The notes: generated by a model not told the origin, from the sequence alone. 64,000 nucleotides of DNA from Octopus vulgaris (GCA_951406725.2 OX597826.1:69068001-69132000); one strand, 5' to 3'; positions 1 through 11,279 are shown, numbered from the stretch's first letter. Translations and numbers: made by a program.

Positions 1-175
1 ATGTGTGGTGTGTAGTAGCCATTGTTTCGTGCTTTCACGGTGAACGCTAAATAATAATATAAACGGGTGTAATTGGCACAGCGTCTGAACGTCAGAGCCT
101 GGTTTCGACTTCCTCTTACAGCTAATTTCCAGTTTAAACTTTTCTATTCATGTGCCTCTGTGCATGTATATATAT

Positions 176-347
176 GTGGCTGTGTGGTAAGTAGCTTGTT
201 TACCAACCACATGGTTCCCGGGGTCAATCCCACTGCGTGACACCTTCTTGGGCAAGTGTCTTCTACTATAATAGCCTTGGGCCGACCAAAGCCTTGTGAG
301 TGGATTTGGTAGACGGAAACTGAAAGAAGCCTGTCGTATATATGTAA

Positions 348-379
<32 letters not shown>

Positions 380-589
380 TTGTGTGTTTGTGTTTGTCCC
401 CCTAGCATTGCTTGACAACCGATGCTGGTGTGTTTATGTCCCCGTTACTTAGCGGTTCGGCAAAAGAGACCGATAGAATAAGTACTGGGCTTACAAAAGA
501 ATAAGTCCCGGGGTCGAGTTGCTCGATTAAAGGCGGTGCTCCAGCATGGCCGCAGTCAAATGAGTGAAACAAGTAAAAGAGTAAAAGAG
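176..589 (+). mobile_element. tRNA-derived SINE, family A
   Basis: A-box-like TGGCTGTGTGG, B-box-like GGGTCAATCCC, CORE-like CTTGGGCAAGTGTCTT, internal (TA)n(TG)n, 3' tail AAGTAAAAGAGTAAAAGAG; close copies at 2357, 12274, 21910, 32455, 37295. Confidence 0.9.
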
Positions 590-628
590 TATGTGTGTGT
601 GTGTCTGTGTGTCGTTATGTGCGTATGT

Positions 629-950
629 GAAGGCGCATGGCTTAGTGGTTTAGGGCATTCGGCGCACGACTGTAGGGTCGTGAGTTCCATTCCCGTCGAC
701 ACGTTTTGTCCTTGAGCAAGATACTTTATTTCACGTTGCTCCACTACACTCAGCTGGCAAAAATGAGGTGTACCTGTATTTCAAAGGGCCGGCCTTGTCA
801 CTCTCTGTGTCACGCTGAATCTCCCTGAGACCTACGTTTGGGGTACACGTGTCTGTGGATTGTTCAGTCACCTGCACGTTAATTTCACGAGCAAGCTGTT
901 CCGTTGATCGTATCAGCTGGGACCCTCGTCGTCGTAAACGACGGAGTGCT
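629..950 (+). mobile_element. tRNA-derived SINE, family B
   Basis: Head GGCGCATGGCTTAGTGGTT...GAGTTCCATTCCC, CORE-like CCTTGAGCAAGATACTT, 3' hairpin CGTCG-TAAA-CGACG; reverse-strand homologues at 1601, 8871, 12998, 24945. Confidence 0.85.
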
Positions 951-1361
951 CCTCTATAAATATATTTGTATCGTTTACATATTCCTGTCATTATACTACG
1001 TCCATGCTGGTGCTCTACCGTAAAGAGATTTTACTCGAGAAAAGCGATACCTTATGGGTGCTTAAATTTCTAGACTTTTTTTCTATCTGATATATTGGAC
1101 ACCTGCCAACTGCTCGATTATGTAGACATAAAACAAGCCAACACAGGTTTTTAAGCAATGTTAGGGTACGAATATAAGCACACTGACACGCATACACGCG
1201 CACACACACATATATATATGTATGTATGTCGAAACCATAATGATATCCGTGGGGCAGCTGATGATGGAGGCATGCTGGATTGTTGGTATGGCTGGTTTTG
1301 TATATGTGCAATAGTTTTATAATACATCTTTTTGATATATATGTATATCTCTAAACATAAT

Positions 1362-1557
1362 AAATAGGGTAATAATGAATCATTATTACCAGTGGCCTAG
1401 CACAAAAAACGAATTAGTCATTAGACTATATATTATTCATATAGAAATACAATAAGAGGCTTCCAATTCCTTTCGAGAATTTATACTTTTTTGTGGTTTT
1501 TGAGTTTTCTACTGCTCTTTCTAGCACAACGCTCTCCTATTTGGAAGCCTCTTATTG

Positions 1558-1562
<5 letters not shown>
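1362..1562 (-). mobile_element. Short element ending in (TA)n with asymmetric inverted repeat (Penelope-like insertion candidate)
   Basis: Perfect 22-bp IR 1445-1466/1541-1562; outer segment (AGGGT...CCTAGCACAAAAAAC) resembles 5590-5660. Confidence 0.55.
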
Positions 1563-1594
<32 letters not shown>

Positions 1595-1600
1595 TAATTG

Positions 1601-1828
1601 CCACTCCATAGGTTATGAGGACGAGAGCTGCAATTGTTCTGCTCAGCGGAACAGGCTGCTTGTGAAATTAACCTGCAAGTGGCTGAGCACCTCACTGACA
1701 CGTATATACGTATCGTAGGGAAATTCATTGTGATACAGAATGTAAAAAGGGCCGGCCCTTTGAATTACGTAAAATAAATTGTCTTGCTCAACGATCCAAC
1801 GAACCGCCACGAATCGAACTCACGACCG
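1601..1828 (-). mobile_element. SINE family B, decayed and internally deleted
   Basis: Reverse complement of 629-950 body and tail (GTGAAATTAACCTGCAAGTGGCTGAGCAC, GAATCGAACTCACGACC). Confidence 0.75.
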
Positions 1829-1877
1829 TATGTGTGTATGTGTGTGTGTGTGTGTGTGTGTGTACATGATATAGCTA

Positions 1878-2220
1878 GCTAATTCGTAATTCTACAACCA
1901 AAAGGCAGAAATATATACGTCACTAAAGTGACCAAGGGCACTCGTCGGCACCAGTATCGCTAGAAATAAGAGTCAAAACAACTCAATTACCACAAAAAGG
2001 ACATTATCTTAATGAGCTGACAAGGGAGATAATCTCCCTACGGTCGCAGACAGACCTAGATAACCAATGATATCGCATTCTCATGCTTAACACATCTTAA
2101 TGCTTATCAGTTGCTCTCAGCGCGCCTTGGGTTAAATCCGTCTCACCATGTCAGCTTATAAGATCTCCGTTGAAATCATATGCTGATTTCATAATCCGTA
2201 AAGTGAGAATTATAAATATA
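1878..2220 (-). mobile_element. ~350-bp retrozyme-like unit with decayed hammerhead (copy 1)
   Basis: Homologous to 20771-21140; minus strand 2062-2115 reads CTGATAA-GCATT...AATGC-GATA (two core mutations, stem II intact). Confidence 0.6.
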
Positions 2221-2356
2221 CAGTTGTGTCAGGAAAGAGTCGTTCTCTTTCAGTGTCTTATAATTTAACACATTCACCAGTAAAATTTCCACTCAATTAC
2301 TTATTTATTTTTCCAAATCAAAATCCAAAACCAAAATATAAATATACATATATATA

Positions 2357-2521
2357 GGCGTAGGAGTGGCTGTGTGGTAGGTACCTTGCTTACCAACCCC
2401 ATGGTCCCGGGTTCAATCCCACTGCGTGGCACCTTGCGCAAGTGTCTTCTACTATAGCCTCGGGCCGACCAAAGCCTTGTGAGTGGATTTGGTAGACGGA
2501 AAATCAAAGAAACCTCTCGTA

Positions 2522-2588
<67 letters not shown>

Positions 2589-2796
2589 ATATGTTTGTGA
2601 GTCTGTGTTTGTCCCCCAACATCGCTTGTCAACCAATACTGGTGTGTTTACGTCCCCGTAACTTAGCGGTTCGGCAAAAGAGACCGATAGAATAAGTACT
2701 AGGCTTACAAAGAATAAGTCTTTGGGTCAATTTGCTCGACTAACGGCGGTGCTCCAGCATGGTCGCAGTCAAATGACTGAAACACGTAAAAGAGTA
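2357..2796 (+). mobile_element. SINE family A, full length
   Basis: Starts GGCGTAGGAGTGGCTGTGTGG; intact B box GGTTCAATCCC; same tail as 176-589. Confidence 0.92.
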
Positions 2797-3397
2797 ATAT
2801 ATGTCATTGATACCTCCTGCCCTATAGCAGGAAGCACTTGCCTAATTTGCCGCGCAGAGGGTTTGTAATCGAATTACGGTTAAAAAGCGAGCTCGTTAAT
2901 ATACATCCAAGCCAGTCCTATTTCTATTTTGTATTTTTAGATTCATTGTTGATTCTATTTATGAAGGAAGGGTTAGCTTTTAACTGAAATTATTCCTTAC
3001 AAGCAATGGTTCTCAGTTGTGTAATCAGTTTGGGAAAACACTCCTTATAAGTGTTCGGAATTCAAATTAAATTTACAGTTTGCATGTCTGATGAACACAT
3101 TTTCCTTTTCATCAGAAACCCCTAATGCAGGCTGTTACATAAAATTTCATTAACAATTGTGCCGATATTTATATGTTACTTAAATATTACATCTCATTAG
3201 AATCGCTGTTGCCTTCGTGTGTGTATGTGTGAGCATGTGTGTGTTGGTGGTACGATCATATCTATCTTGTTTGTGTGAACACAAACGTGGGGGGAAAACA
3301 TTTCACTGCAAAAATAGTCTCGAGAGAAAACTTTCGTCACAGACAACGTGTGTGAAAGCATATCATTATACGATGCAATGATGTCGTCGGAATGTAG

Positions 3398-3438
3398 GCT
3401 ACACGCGTTTGTGTGTCGTCACGCTTCATCAGATACAG
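3398..3438 (-). ncRNA. Decayed minimal hammerhead motif
   Basis: Minus strand: CTGATGA-A-GCGTG-ACGA-CACAC-AAA-CGCG-T; G12 missing, one stem II mismatch, palindromic ACGCGT. Confidence 0.45.
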
Positions 3439-3566
3439 ACACCGATTCTGTTGTGCATACCCACCGCTAAGAACGGTCGTACTTATATGGGTACTTATTT
3501 GGGTTCGTGTGCACTCGAAGGTGAGAAGAGTTTTCACCGTAGAAATAATTACGGAATTACACAGAC

Positions 3567-3618
<52 letters not shown>

Positions 3619-3619
<1 letters not shown>

Positions 3620-4178
3620 TAGCATTATGACCCGTCTTTGCCGGGTCATAGTGCTAGTGCATGTATATATGTGTATATATATATGTGTATATATATATGT
3701 GTACATATTACATGTACATCTATATATATACATCTACACATAAAATACAAAATACAAAGTTATATCTTGATACCGCTAGTGATAACAATACTAAGATATA
3801 TAACAGACTGGAATTGTAGGACTATTCCATTTCTGCACGCTAATTTACGATTATATTATACTTTTGTTTGATTTTAATTATTACTTACTACATATAATTC
3901 AATTGTTATTATTATTTTTATTGTTAAAGTGAAAGTATCTGACATAAAATAGAGAAATGTTTTTGTTTCACTTTTAACACGTAGTACTGAAATAGTGGAG
4001 AAGATATGATATTGCTATGGGCTCGCCCTAGGCAAGAAGTTGAACGTTCTTTTGCCCATGAAACTACATAGACACTCAGTGAGGCATGTGTAAAATTTGA
4101 ATGAAATTGTTTGTGTAGTTCTCAAGTTTTAGGGAAACACACAGACAGACAGACACACATTCTCAGTTTTATTTATAT
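3619..4178 (-). mobile_element. Non-autonomous Helitron-like element
   Basis: Minus-strand 3' end CTAG followed by T, with a GC-rich hairpin (plus 3618-3658 ACTAGCATTATGACCCG-7nt-CGGGTCATAGTGCTAGT); 5' end TATATAAATAAAACTGAGAATGTGTGTCTGTCTG with a (CTGT)n tract. Confidence 0.75.
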
Positions 4179-4451
4179 ATATATATATATATATATAAAT
4201 ATATATATATATGTATGTATATATTATTATTATTATTATTATTACTATTATAATTATTATTATTATTATTAATAGTAGGGAATATAAAATTTCAAGGCAA
4301 CAGGGGAAAACAAACTCAATTTAGTAATACTAAATCAAATTTCAGGATATATTAAAAATATATAGAATTAATAGAATCAAAATATTAAATATATATAGAA
4401 TTAATAATGAAAGATATTATCTAAAATAAAATTTAAATTTAGATATATATT

Positions 4452-4586
4452 CATTAACATTGTACTAAAAATTCCTGTACTAATTAATACACATTACAAA
4501 AAATACACATTAAACCGACATTATTATTAATATTGATATAGTACTCAAAATTTCTATACTAAATGATACACATTAAAAAAATACAC
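4452..4586. repeat. Two diverged ~78-bp-period direct repeats
   Basis: GTACTAAAAATTCCTGTACTAATTAATACACATT vs GTACTCAAAATTTCTATACTAAATGATACACATT. Confidence 0.7.
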
Positions 4587-4821
4587 CTGTGTACTTCTGG
4601 TACTTGACTGAAGAAAGAACGTCAAGAATGACCCGTCCTTTTTGCCTGTCCTTCTAATTGTTGTTTCTCTTGTCCGCTTTTGTGTTGTCTATCTGTTCGA
4701 ACATTTTAATGCCCTCTATTGCGTTTTGTTCCACTTATATATATTTTTGTTAAATTTCTGCTACTTTTAGATAAAGTATATATATATATATATAAATAAA
4801 GTATATATATATATATATATA

Positions 4822-5304
4822 TAACAACAGGCGTCTTTCGACTGAGAACGATTCAAATTGAGCTGGCACGTATGGAATGAAAGTCTGAAGCTAGGAACAT
4901 AGGATATGGACATAAGACGTATTGACAGTCCGGTCACCTTTCCCTTTGTCTCTGATTTTTTCCAATACTTCAATCCCGGTGCCCCCTACCTTTCGACGTG
5001 ACCGGTGCCCGGCCAGCCATGATCTTTCTTTCTTAGCCTGACTGCCGACTGTCAACACGTCTAGTGTCCATCTCCCATGTCCCTGCTTTTAGGCTTTCAT
5101 TCCATACACGCCAGCTCAATTTGAATCGTTCTCAGTCGAAAGACGCCTATTGTTATTTCTTATTCGTATTCGTAATTCTGTACAATGTTCTCCGTTTTTG
5201 TTTTGTCTTTGTTGCCGTACACATTCGCTAGCTTTCTTACAAATGGGTCTAATGCTCTTAGCTTAGACTTTTTGGTGGGCAACCAGATCGAACCATCTCA
5301 AGTG

Positions 5305-5306
<2 letters not shown>
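4822..5306 (+). mobile_element. (TA)n-embedded element with ~109-bp asymmetric inverted repeat
   Basis: Arms 4822-4930 and 5047-5155 are imperfect reverse complements; ~150-bp tail follows the right arm; (TA)n on both sides. Confidence 0.7.
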
Positions 5307-5338
<32 letters not shown>

Positions 5339-5415
5339 AATTGCAGTATGGAAGGTGTTTATAAGCCATTTAAGAAACACAAAATCGTGAGATTCACTTC
5401 AACGTTTAAATTTAA

Positions 5416-5466
5416 TTTGTCAAAATATTTTCGTCGCTTTGAGACCGCGACCTGTTCACTGAGAAA
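5416..5466 (-). ncRNA. Minimal type-I hammerhead ribozyme candidate, G3-C8 core variant
   Basis: Minus strand: TTTCTCA-GTGAACA-G-GTCGC-GGTCTCAAA-GCGAC-GAAA-ATAT-TT-TGACAAA; stem I 6/7 pairs, stem II 5 bp. Confidence 0.65.
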
Positions 5467-5539
5467 GCTTCGTGCTGCATTGTTTTCGTTTCAGCACACG
5501 ATCTGAGATCAAGTCACTTGCTATGCATGTACATCTCCG

Positions 5540-5581
<42 letters not shown>

Positions 5582-5585
<4 letters not shown>

Positions 5586-5859
5586 AAATGAGGGTGAAAA
5601 AATTAGATATTAATTTAATAATATCCTTATTTTAACACCAAGCGACCTAGCACAATAAACCAGGGATACAATACATATGTATCCGTAAATATAAGAGAGT
5701 TAACGTTAAATAGGTTAACTCTAGTGCTAGAAATAGCGCCTCCGGTATAATCGCCGACGATACCTTCACATAGAAATAGCACTACCCTCAACGTAAGGAA
5801 AGTTGTATTTCACTTTCCTTACTAGAGTTAACCTATTTAACGTTAACTCTCTTATATTT

Positions 5860-5866
<7 letters not shown>
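5582..5866 (-). mobile_element. (TA)n-embedded element with perfect 46-bp asymmetric inverted repeat
   Basis: 5680-5725 is the exact reverse complement of 5821-5866; inner 11-bp hairpin 5793-5822; ~100-bp tail to (TA)n. Confidence 0.75.
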
Positions 5867-5911
<45 letters not shown>

Positions 5912-6135
5912 TATAAGGCAAGGAAAAATAGAGAAGATATTTTATTGACAAACATTAGCAAGATCTATTTATTAATTACAATCGTAGGCATAAATAAACA
6001 AATGAATGAAGCAGAGTAGGGTTGTATTCATTTATTCATATATTAATCTATTTATTTATTCCTACGATTGTAATTAATAGATCTTGCAGATGTTTGTCAA
6101 TTGAATATCTTCTCCACTTTCTTCCTTGCTTTATA
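5912..6135. mobile_element. Foldback/MITE-like palindrome
   Basis: TATAAGGCAAGGAAAAATAGAGAAGATATT...ACAATCGTAGG pairs imperfectly with CCTACGATTGT...AATATCTTCTCCACTTTCTTCCTTGCTTTATA (~90-bp arms). Confidence 0.7.
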
Positions 6136-6160
6136 AATTCTGGATAAGCTTTTGCTAACC

Positions 6161-6204
6161 TCATCATCATCATCATGATCATCATCATCATCCTCATCAT
6201 CATT

Positions 6205-6236
<32 letters not shown>

Positions 6237-6286
6237 TATCATCATCATCGTCGTCGTCGTCGTCGTCATCAACATCATCATCGTCG

Positions 6287-6328
<42 letters not shown>
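6161..6328. repeat. (CAT)n microsatellite
   Basis: Direct observation. Confidence 0.97.
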
Positions 6329-6330
<2 letters not shown>

Positions 6331-6419
6331 GAGAAAACACAAAGAGAAAACACAAGAACGCGAGGACTTGGAACAAGTATAGTATTATTGGAAGCTCAGG
6401 AAAGAAGGAAAGAAGGAGG

Positions 6420-6454
6420 GTTTAACGTTTCGAGCGGAGCTCTTCGTCAGAAAC
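6420..6454 (-). ncRNA. Minimal type-I hammerhead ribozyme motif, intact core
   Basis: Minus strand: GTTT-CTGACGA-A-GAGC-TCC-GCTC-GAAA-CG-TT-AAAC; canonical CUGANGA/GAAA/UH, stems I and II fully paired, palindromic ACGU in place of stem III. Confidence 0.8.
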
Positions 6455-6538
6455 ATAGGAAAAAGAAAGATCCAAAGAAGGGAAGACGGAGGAATAAAAT
6501 TCGCCAACGGTACACACGCGGTCACATTTTGAATGTGT

Positions 6539-6579
<41 letters not shown>

Positions 6580-6695
6580 TATGTGTTCGATTATAAAAAC
6601 AATTATATATTACTCTATACATTTATAGAGTAGAAATTTATTATCCTTATACAAGAACATTGTTGACGGTGACTCCAAATTTTTGGCCAATAAGC

Positions 6696-6748
<53 letters not shown>

Positions 6749-8604
6749 GTGTGCGTGTGTGTGTGTATGTGTGTGTGTGTGTATAAACATATATCTTTAT
6801 ATATCTGTGCGTGCGTTTCTTCTTTGTGCTCCTCCGCTGGACTCTCGGTATTGGTTTCAGGGTACCGTAATGTTTTAGTAGAACCGCTTAAGAGACCGGA
6901 GCGATATTCCCCAGACTTTAAAAGAAAAATAAGTTCTGCGGACAACACACAACAGCACAATGCCAGCAAGAACTTTCCCAGTTTTTGAAGCGAAACTTAC
7001 ACAGAAACGGATCTCGACGAGGGCACACAGAAGTTTTACTAATACTGACGCTAGTGTATATATTATCTGCGCAGCTGCTTTGTTGTGCATTTCTAAACGC
7101 AAACCTTTTAATCATGAGCTTTGACATTTTTGCGGTTTTTTCATTGTCTTAAATATCGTTGTCAACTATCGCATATGAATTATGGATATACATGTTTTCC
7201 TAGATTCCAATGAATGGATGTATATCCGTATGTATATAACTCTATATATTAATTTGTACGTATATAAGTATGCATATATGTATGTATATCCTTATGTATA
7301 TATATATATATATATATATATACCTGTATCTATATTTGTATTTATGGATGCATGCATGCACGTATATATTATGCATATAGTACTACTGTACGAATGGTTG
7401 CAAGTATGTAGGATTATGCCTTCGTGAATACGTCTATATGAGAGAGCATGTACGCGCTTGGATGCAAGCATGGCTTTGTGGTTAAGACTTTCATATTTCG
7501 AACCTGATATCCTAAGATAGATACCGTAGTGTTCCCTCTTTTTATCAAGCCACGGTTCGACCAATGACCTGAGTGAAATTAGGCAAAAATTAAATCGAAT
7601 CCCACGAAGTAGTACACATGCTACCCAATCAACTGTGTGTATACGTTAAGTGTGATATATACATGGCTATTGTAAATGAATGCCCCCTCAAATGCGCATG
7701 CCTAATTTTTTCTCAGTCGGCCGGCTTTTCGCAACATCAGTGGATGTTTTATTCACTTCTTCGTATATCAGACTCGTTAAATTCTCGTGCAAACATGTAG
7801 CTGCAATTATATGCTATAGAAAAGGCCTAAAAAAAAGCCGAAATGCCTTTCGCTTTACTGCCGGTCACTGCTGGGAAGAATTTTCTTATCTCTCCGACAT
7901 TTATTATATATTTAACGCAGCAGATCCATACGAGACAAAAAATTCATTAACTGTTTTATCGACGGTGCGTATACATTAAGTATGATACATAAGTGGCTAT
8001 TTTGCATTCTTTCTATAAAGGAGGATTTTTTTTTGTCTCTGCGAAAGTTTCAAAGCTCCTTTCTTAGAACTTAGATACCAGCAACATTAAGTGTTACATG
8101 TTAAACTTAAGTAAAGCTTTGCATATTTTTACTATTCCGCGTACAGTTTTTATTTGCATAGATGGACATTTGATATTTATTAAGATAACCCCGTGCACAC
8201 ATAATTATTTTATAAATGTAAATTATAATCGTCTGGGTATAAAAGCTGTCGAAGTTAATACAGCTGCCCATTAATATTCTTTTTCTCACCGAATTTTAAA
8301 GAAATGTTTACATTTCCAGGGAAGCTATACCCTATACATATTCATAACTTTTTTTTATTCTCAAGCTATATCAACCTTGTTGTGGTTGTAATTCAATGTG
8401 GTCTTGACTAAATTATTCCACTAATAACTATTGTATGATATTGAAAAGGGTAATATCTGTGCGATAAATTGCCGTTAGTAGAAGAAGCTATAAACGTCTA
8501 TGAAAGACAATGAAAGACTAAGGTGTTGAATCGGAGAAAAATTATAGGCAAATTTAATTTGTTATATGCTATACTATTATAATGACATAATGTAAAAGCT
8601 ATTA

Positions 8605-8793
<189 letters not shown>

Positions 8794-8870
8794 AACACAA
8801 TGGCAAAGGTGTGGAATTACCCTAAAGATGGCCTGTGTTCATTGCATTCCCGTATCCAAACATAACTCAC

Positions 8871-9095
8871 TGGCACTCCGTCGGTTACGACGACGGGGGT
8901 TACAGTTGATCCGATCAACGGAACAGCCTGCTCGTGAAATTATCGTGCATGTTGCTGAGCACTCCACAGACATGTCTACCTTTAGTGTAGTTTTCAGGGA
9001 GATTCAGTGTGACAGAGTATGACAAGGCTTACCCTTTAAATTGGAGGTGCTTCTAATTTTTACCAAATGATGGAGTTGGACGTGAAATAAAGTCC
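8871..9095 (-). mobile_element. SINE family B, 3' part
   Basis: GGCACTCCGTCGGTTACGACGACG... is the reverse complement of the 629-950 tail. Confidence 0.85.
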
Positions 9096-9149
9096 TCATT
9101 CTTAAAGTATTTTTCGAAGTTGTTGTTGTTGTTGTTGTTATTATTATCA

Positions 9150-9316
9150 TTCAGTAGTTTTATTTTTATTTTTATAGCGTGCTTTCACTTCACTACCGAG
9201 CGCAGCTCTGTGTGCCTTGGGTATGTGCTGTGATTTGTTGTGATGCTCTGATGGTTATTGTATGGAAAGTGTTCTGCGTAGGATGTGTGCAGTGCCTAGT
9301 AGTGCAATTTTCTGTA

Positions 9317-9322
<6 letters not shown>
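9150..9322 (-). mobile_element. 3' end of R4/Dong-like RLE non-LTR retrotransposon
   Basis: Minus strand encodes NIQKIALLGTAHILRRTLSIQ*, resembling the R4-clade C-terminal motif, then a short 3' UTR; embedded in (TAA)n. Confidence 0.7.
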
Positions 9323-9379
<57 letters not shown>

Positions 9380-9452
9380 CATTATTATTATAATAATAAT
9401 GATAATAATAATTATTATTATTATTATTATCATCATTATTATTATTATTATA

Positions 9453-9492
<40 letters not shown>

Positions 9493-9511
9493 GTATCATT
9501 ATTATTATCAT
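9319..9511. repeat. (TTA)n microsatellite
   Basis: Direct observation. Confidence 0.97.
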
Positions 9512-9576
9512 TCAGGTCACTGCCTGGAGTCGAACTCGGAATCTTGGGGTTACTAGCCTGCGGTCTTAACCACTAC
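9512..9576 (-). mobile_element. tRNA-derived SINE head running into (AAT)n
   Basis: Minus strand GTAGTGGTTAAGACC...CCGAGTTCGACTCCAGG has A/B boxes but no acceptor stem, so not a tRNA gene. Confidence 0.65.
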
Positions 9577-9931
9577 TTAAACACGGGCAATAATAACTCG
9601 CTAATAGAAATTGAAAAAATATGACATCTCAAGGCGACTACAGTACCAGTGATTGTAGGATGTCTAGGAATGATAAAAAAGGTACTGAAACCTATTTGAA
9701 AATGATACCAGGAGGTGCAAAAAATCGTGTTAACTGGAACGGCTCATGTACTGAGAAGAGCATTATTGCTGTGAAATCAACAACCATTCATGAATTTATT
9801 TATTTATTTAATACATATTTTACCTGTGAATTTGCGTGTGTATTCTGGGAATGCATACAATAGGCTTCTCTGCCCTGGGTGTACGGAAAACACTCGGCGA
9901 GAAAAGGAAGAAAATTTGAAGAAAGAAGGAA

Positions 9932-10025
<94 letters not shown>

Positions 10026-10072
10026 TCGAAAAATACCTGAGGAATGATGTCCCAGGTTCGAAATTTCCCCAA

Positions 10073-10118
10073 GGTACCTGATGAAGGCTGGAGGGTATAT
10101 CAGCCGAAACGTTGTTTT
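10073..10118 (+). ncRNA. Minimal type-I hammerhead ribozyme motif
   Basis: GGTAC-CTGATGA-A-GGCTG-GAGGGTATAT-CAGCC-GAAA-CG-TT-GTTTT; core and stem II intact, stem I weak. Confidence 0.7.
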
Positions 10119-10424
10119 AACAACAAACAAGATGAGGACAAATATCCTTCAAATGTAAATAATGTAAATAATGAAAAGAAAATATATTTATATGCATGAG
10201 TTTGTGTGGTTATGCGTGCGGGAGAAAGAGAGAGAGAATGAAAGAGAAATAGAGGGAGAGAAAAGAGAATGAAAGAGAAAGAGAGAGAGAGAGAGAAAGA
10301 GAATGAAAGAGAAAGAGAGAGAGAGAAAGAGAGGGAGAAAGAGTGCGAGAAAAGAAAACAGGAAAAGAAAATGACGAGTGGTAACTCTAAACGTGTATCA
10401 TTTGTTTGGTTCCCCGAACAAAAG

Positions 10425-10610
10425 GTGTGGCGACATTTTATCCGTCTTTACGTTTTGAGTTCAAATTCTGGTGCTGTTGACTTTGCTTTTCATCGTTTCT
10501 GGGTTTAATAAAATGAATACCAGTGGAATGGTGTGTGTGTGTGGAGTGGGGGTGGGGTCGATGCAATCGACTTTCTCGATGCCCAGAACATGCTGGCCTT
10601 GAGCCAACAA
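10425..10610 (+). mobile_element. SINE family C, decayed
   Basis: GAGTTCAAATTC...TTGACTTTGCTTTTCATC...AATCGACT...GGCCTTG, as in other family C copies. Confidence 0.7.
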
Positions 10611-10617
10611 TTGAATT

Positions 10618-10693
10618 CATCATCATCATCATTATCATCAATAACGTCACCATCATTATCAACATTGTCGTCGTCATCATCATCATTATCATC

Positions 10694-10729
<36 letters not shown>

Positions 10730-10821
10730 GTCATCATCATCATTATCATCAACAACGTCATCATCATCATCATCGTCGTCGTCGTCATCATCATCATCAT
10801 CATCATCATCACCATCTTCAC

Positions 10822-10854
<33 letters not shown>

Positions 10855-11089
10855 TATCATCAACATCGTCATCATCACCAACGTCGTCGTCGTCGTCATC
10901 ATCATCATCATCATCATCATCATCACCATCTTCACCATCATCATCATTATCATCATCATCATCGCCATCATCATCACCAACATCATCATCATCATCATCA
11001 TCATCTTCATCACCATCATCATTATCATCATCATCATCGCCATCATCATCATCATCATCACCATCTTCATCATCACCATCATCATCATC

Positions 11090-11120
<31 letters not shown>

Positions 11121-11128
11121 TCACCATC
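10618..11128. repeat. Long (CAT)n array with higher-order variant blocks
   Basis: Recurring CACCATCTTCACC and CGTCGT interruptions. Confidence 0.95.
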
Positions 11129-11279
11129 AGTAGCCTATTAATCTAATACCTTTTCTATAATCTGTCAAGTGTCGTCCAACGTTGAGCGTGATACCTTTGG
11201 CAGGCAGGCCACTTACAGCTGCAACAACAATAACAGACGCGATATTGCAGGTCACTGTATACAAACGGACACACCCTCC

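Noticed and set aside
3087-3116. CTGATGA..GAAA hammerhead candidate
   Set aside because: CTGATGA is sequestered in a simple hairpin with TCATCAG, and there is no stem I/II layout.
6820-7125. Unique, GC-richer block that might be an exon or UTR
   Set aside because: No frame gives a recognisable protein and there is no convincing splice pair; needs RNA-seq.
9512-9576. tRNA gene
   Set aside because: No acceptor stem and it runs directly into (AAT)n; treated as a SINE head.
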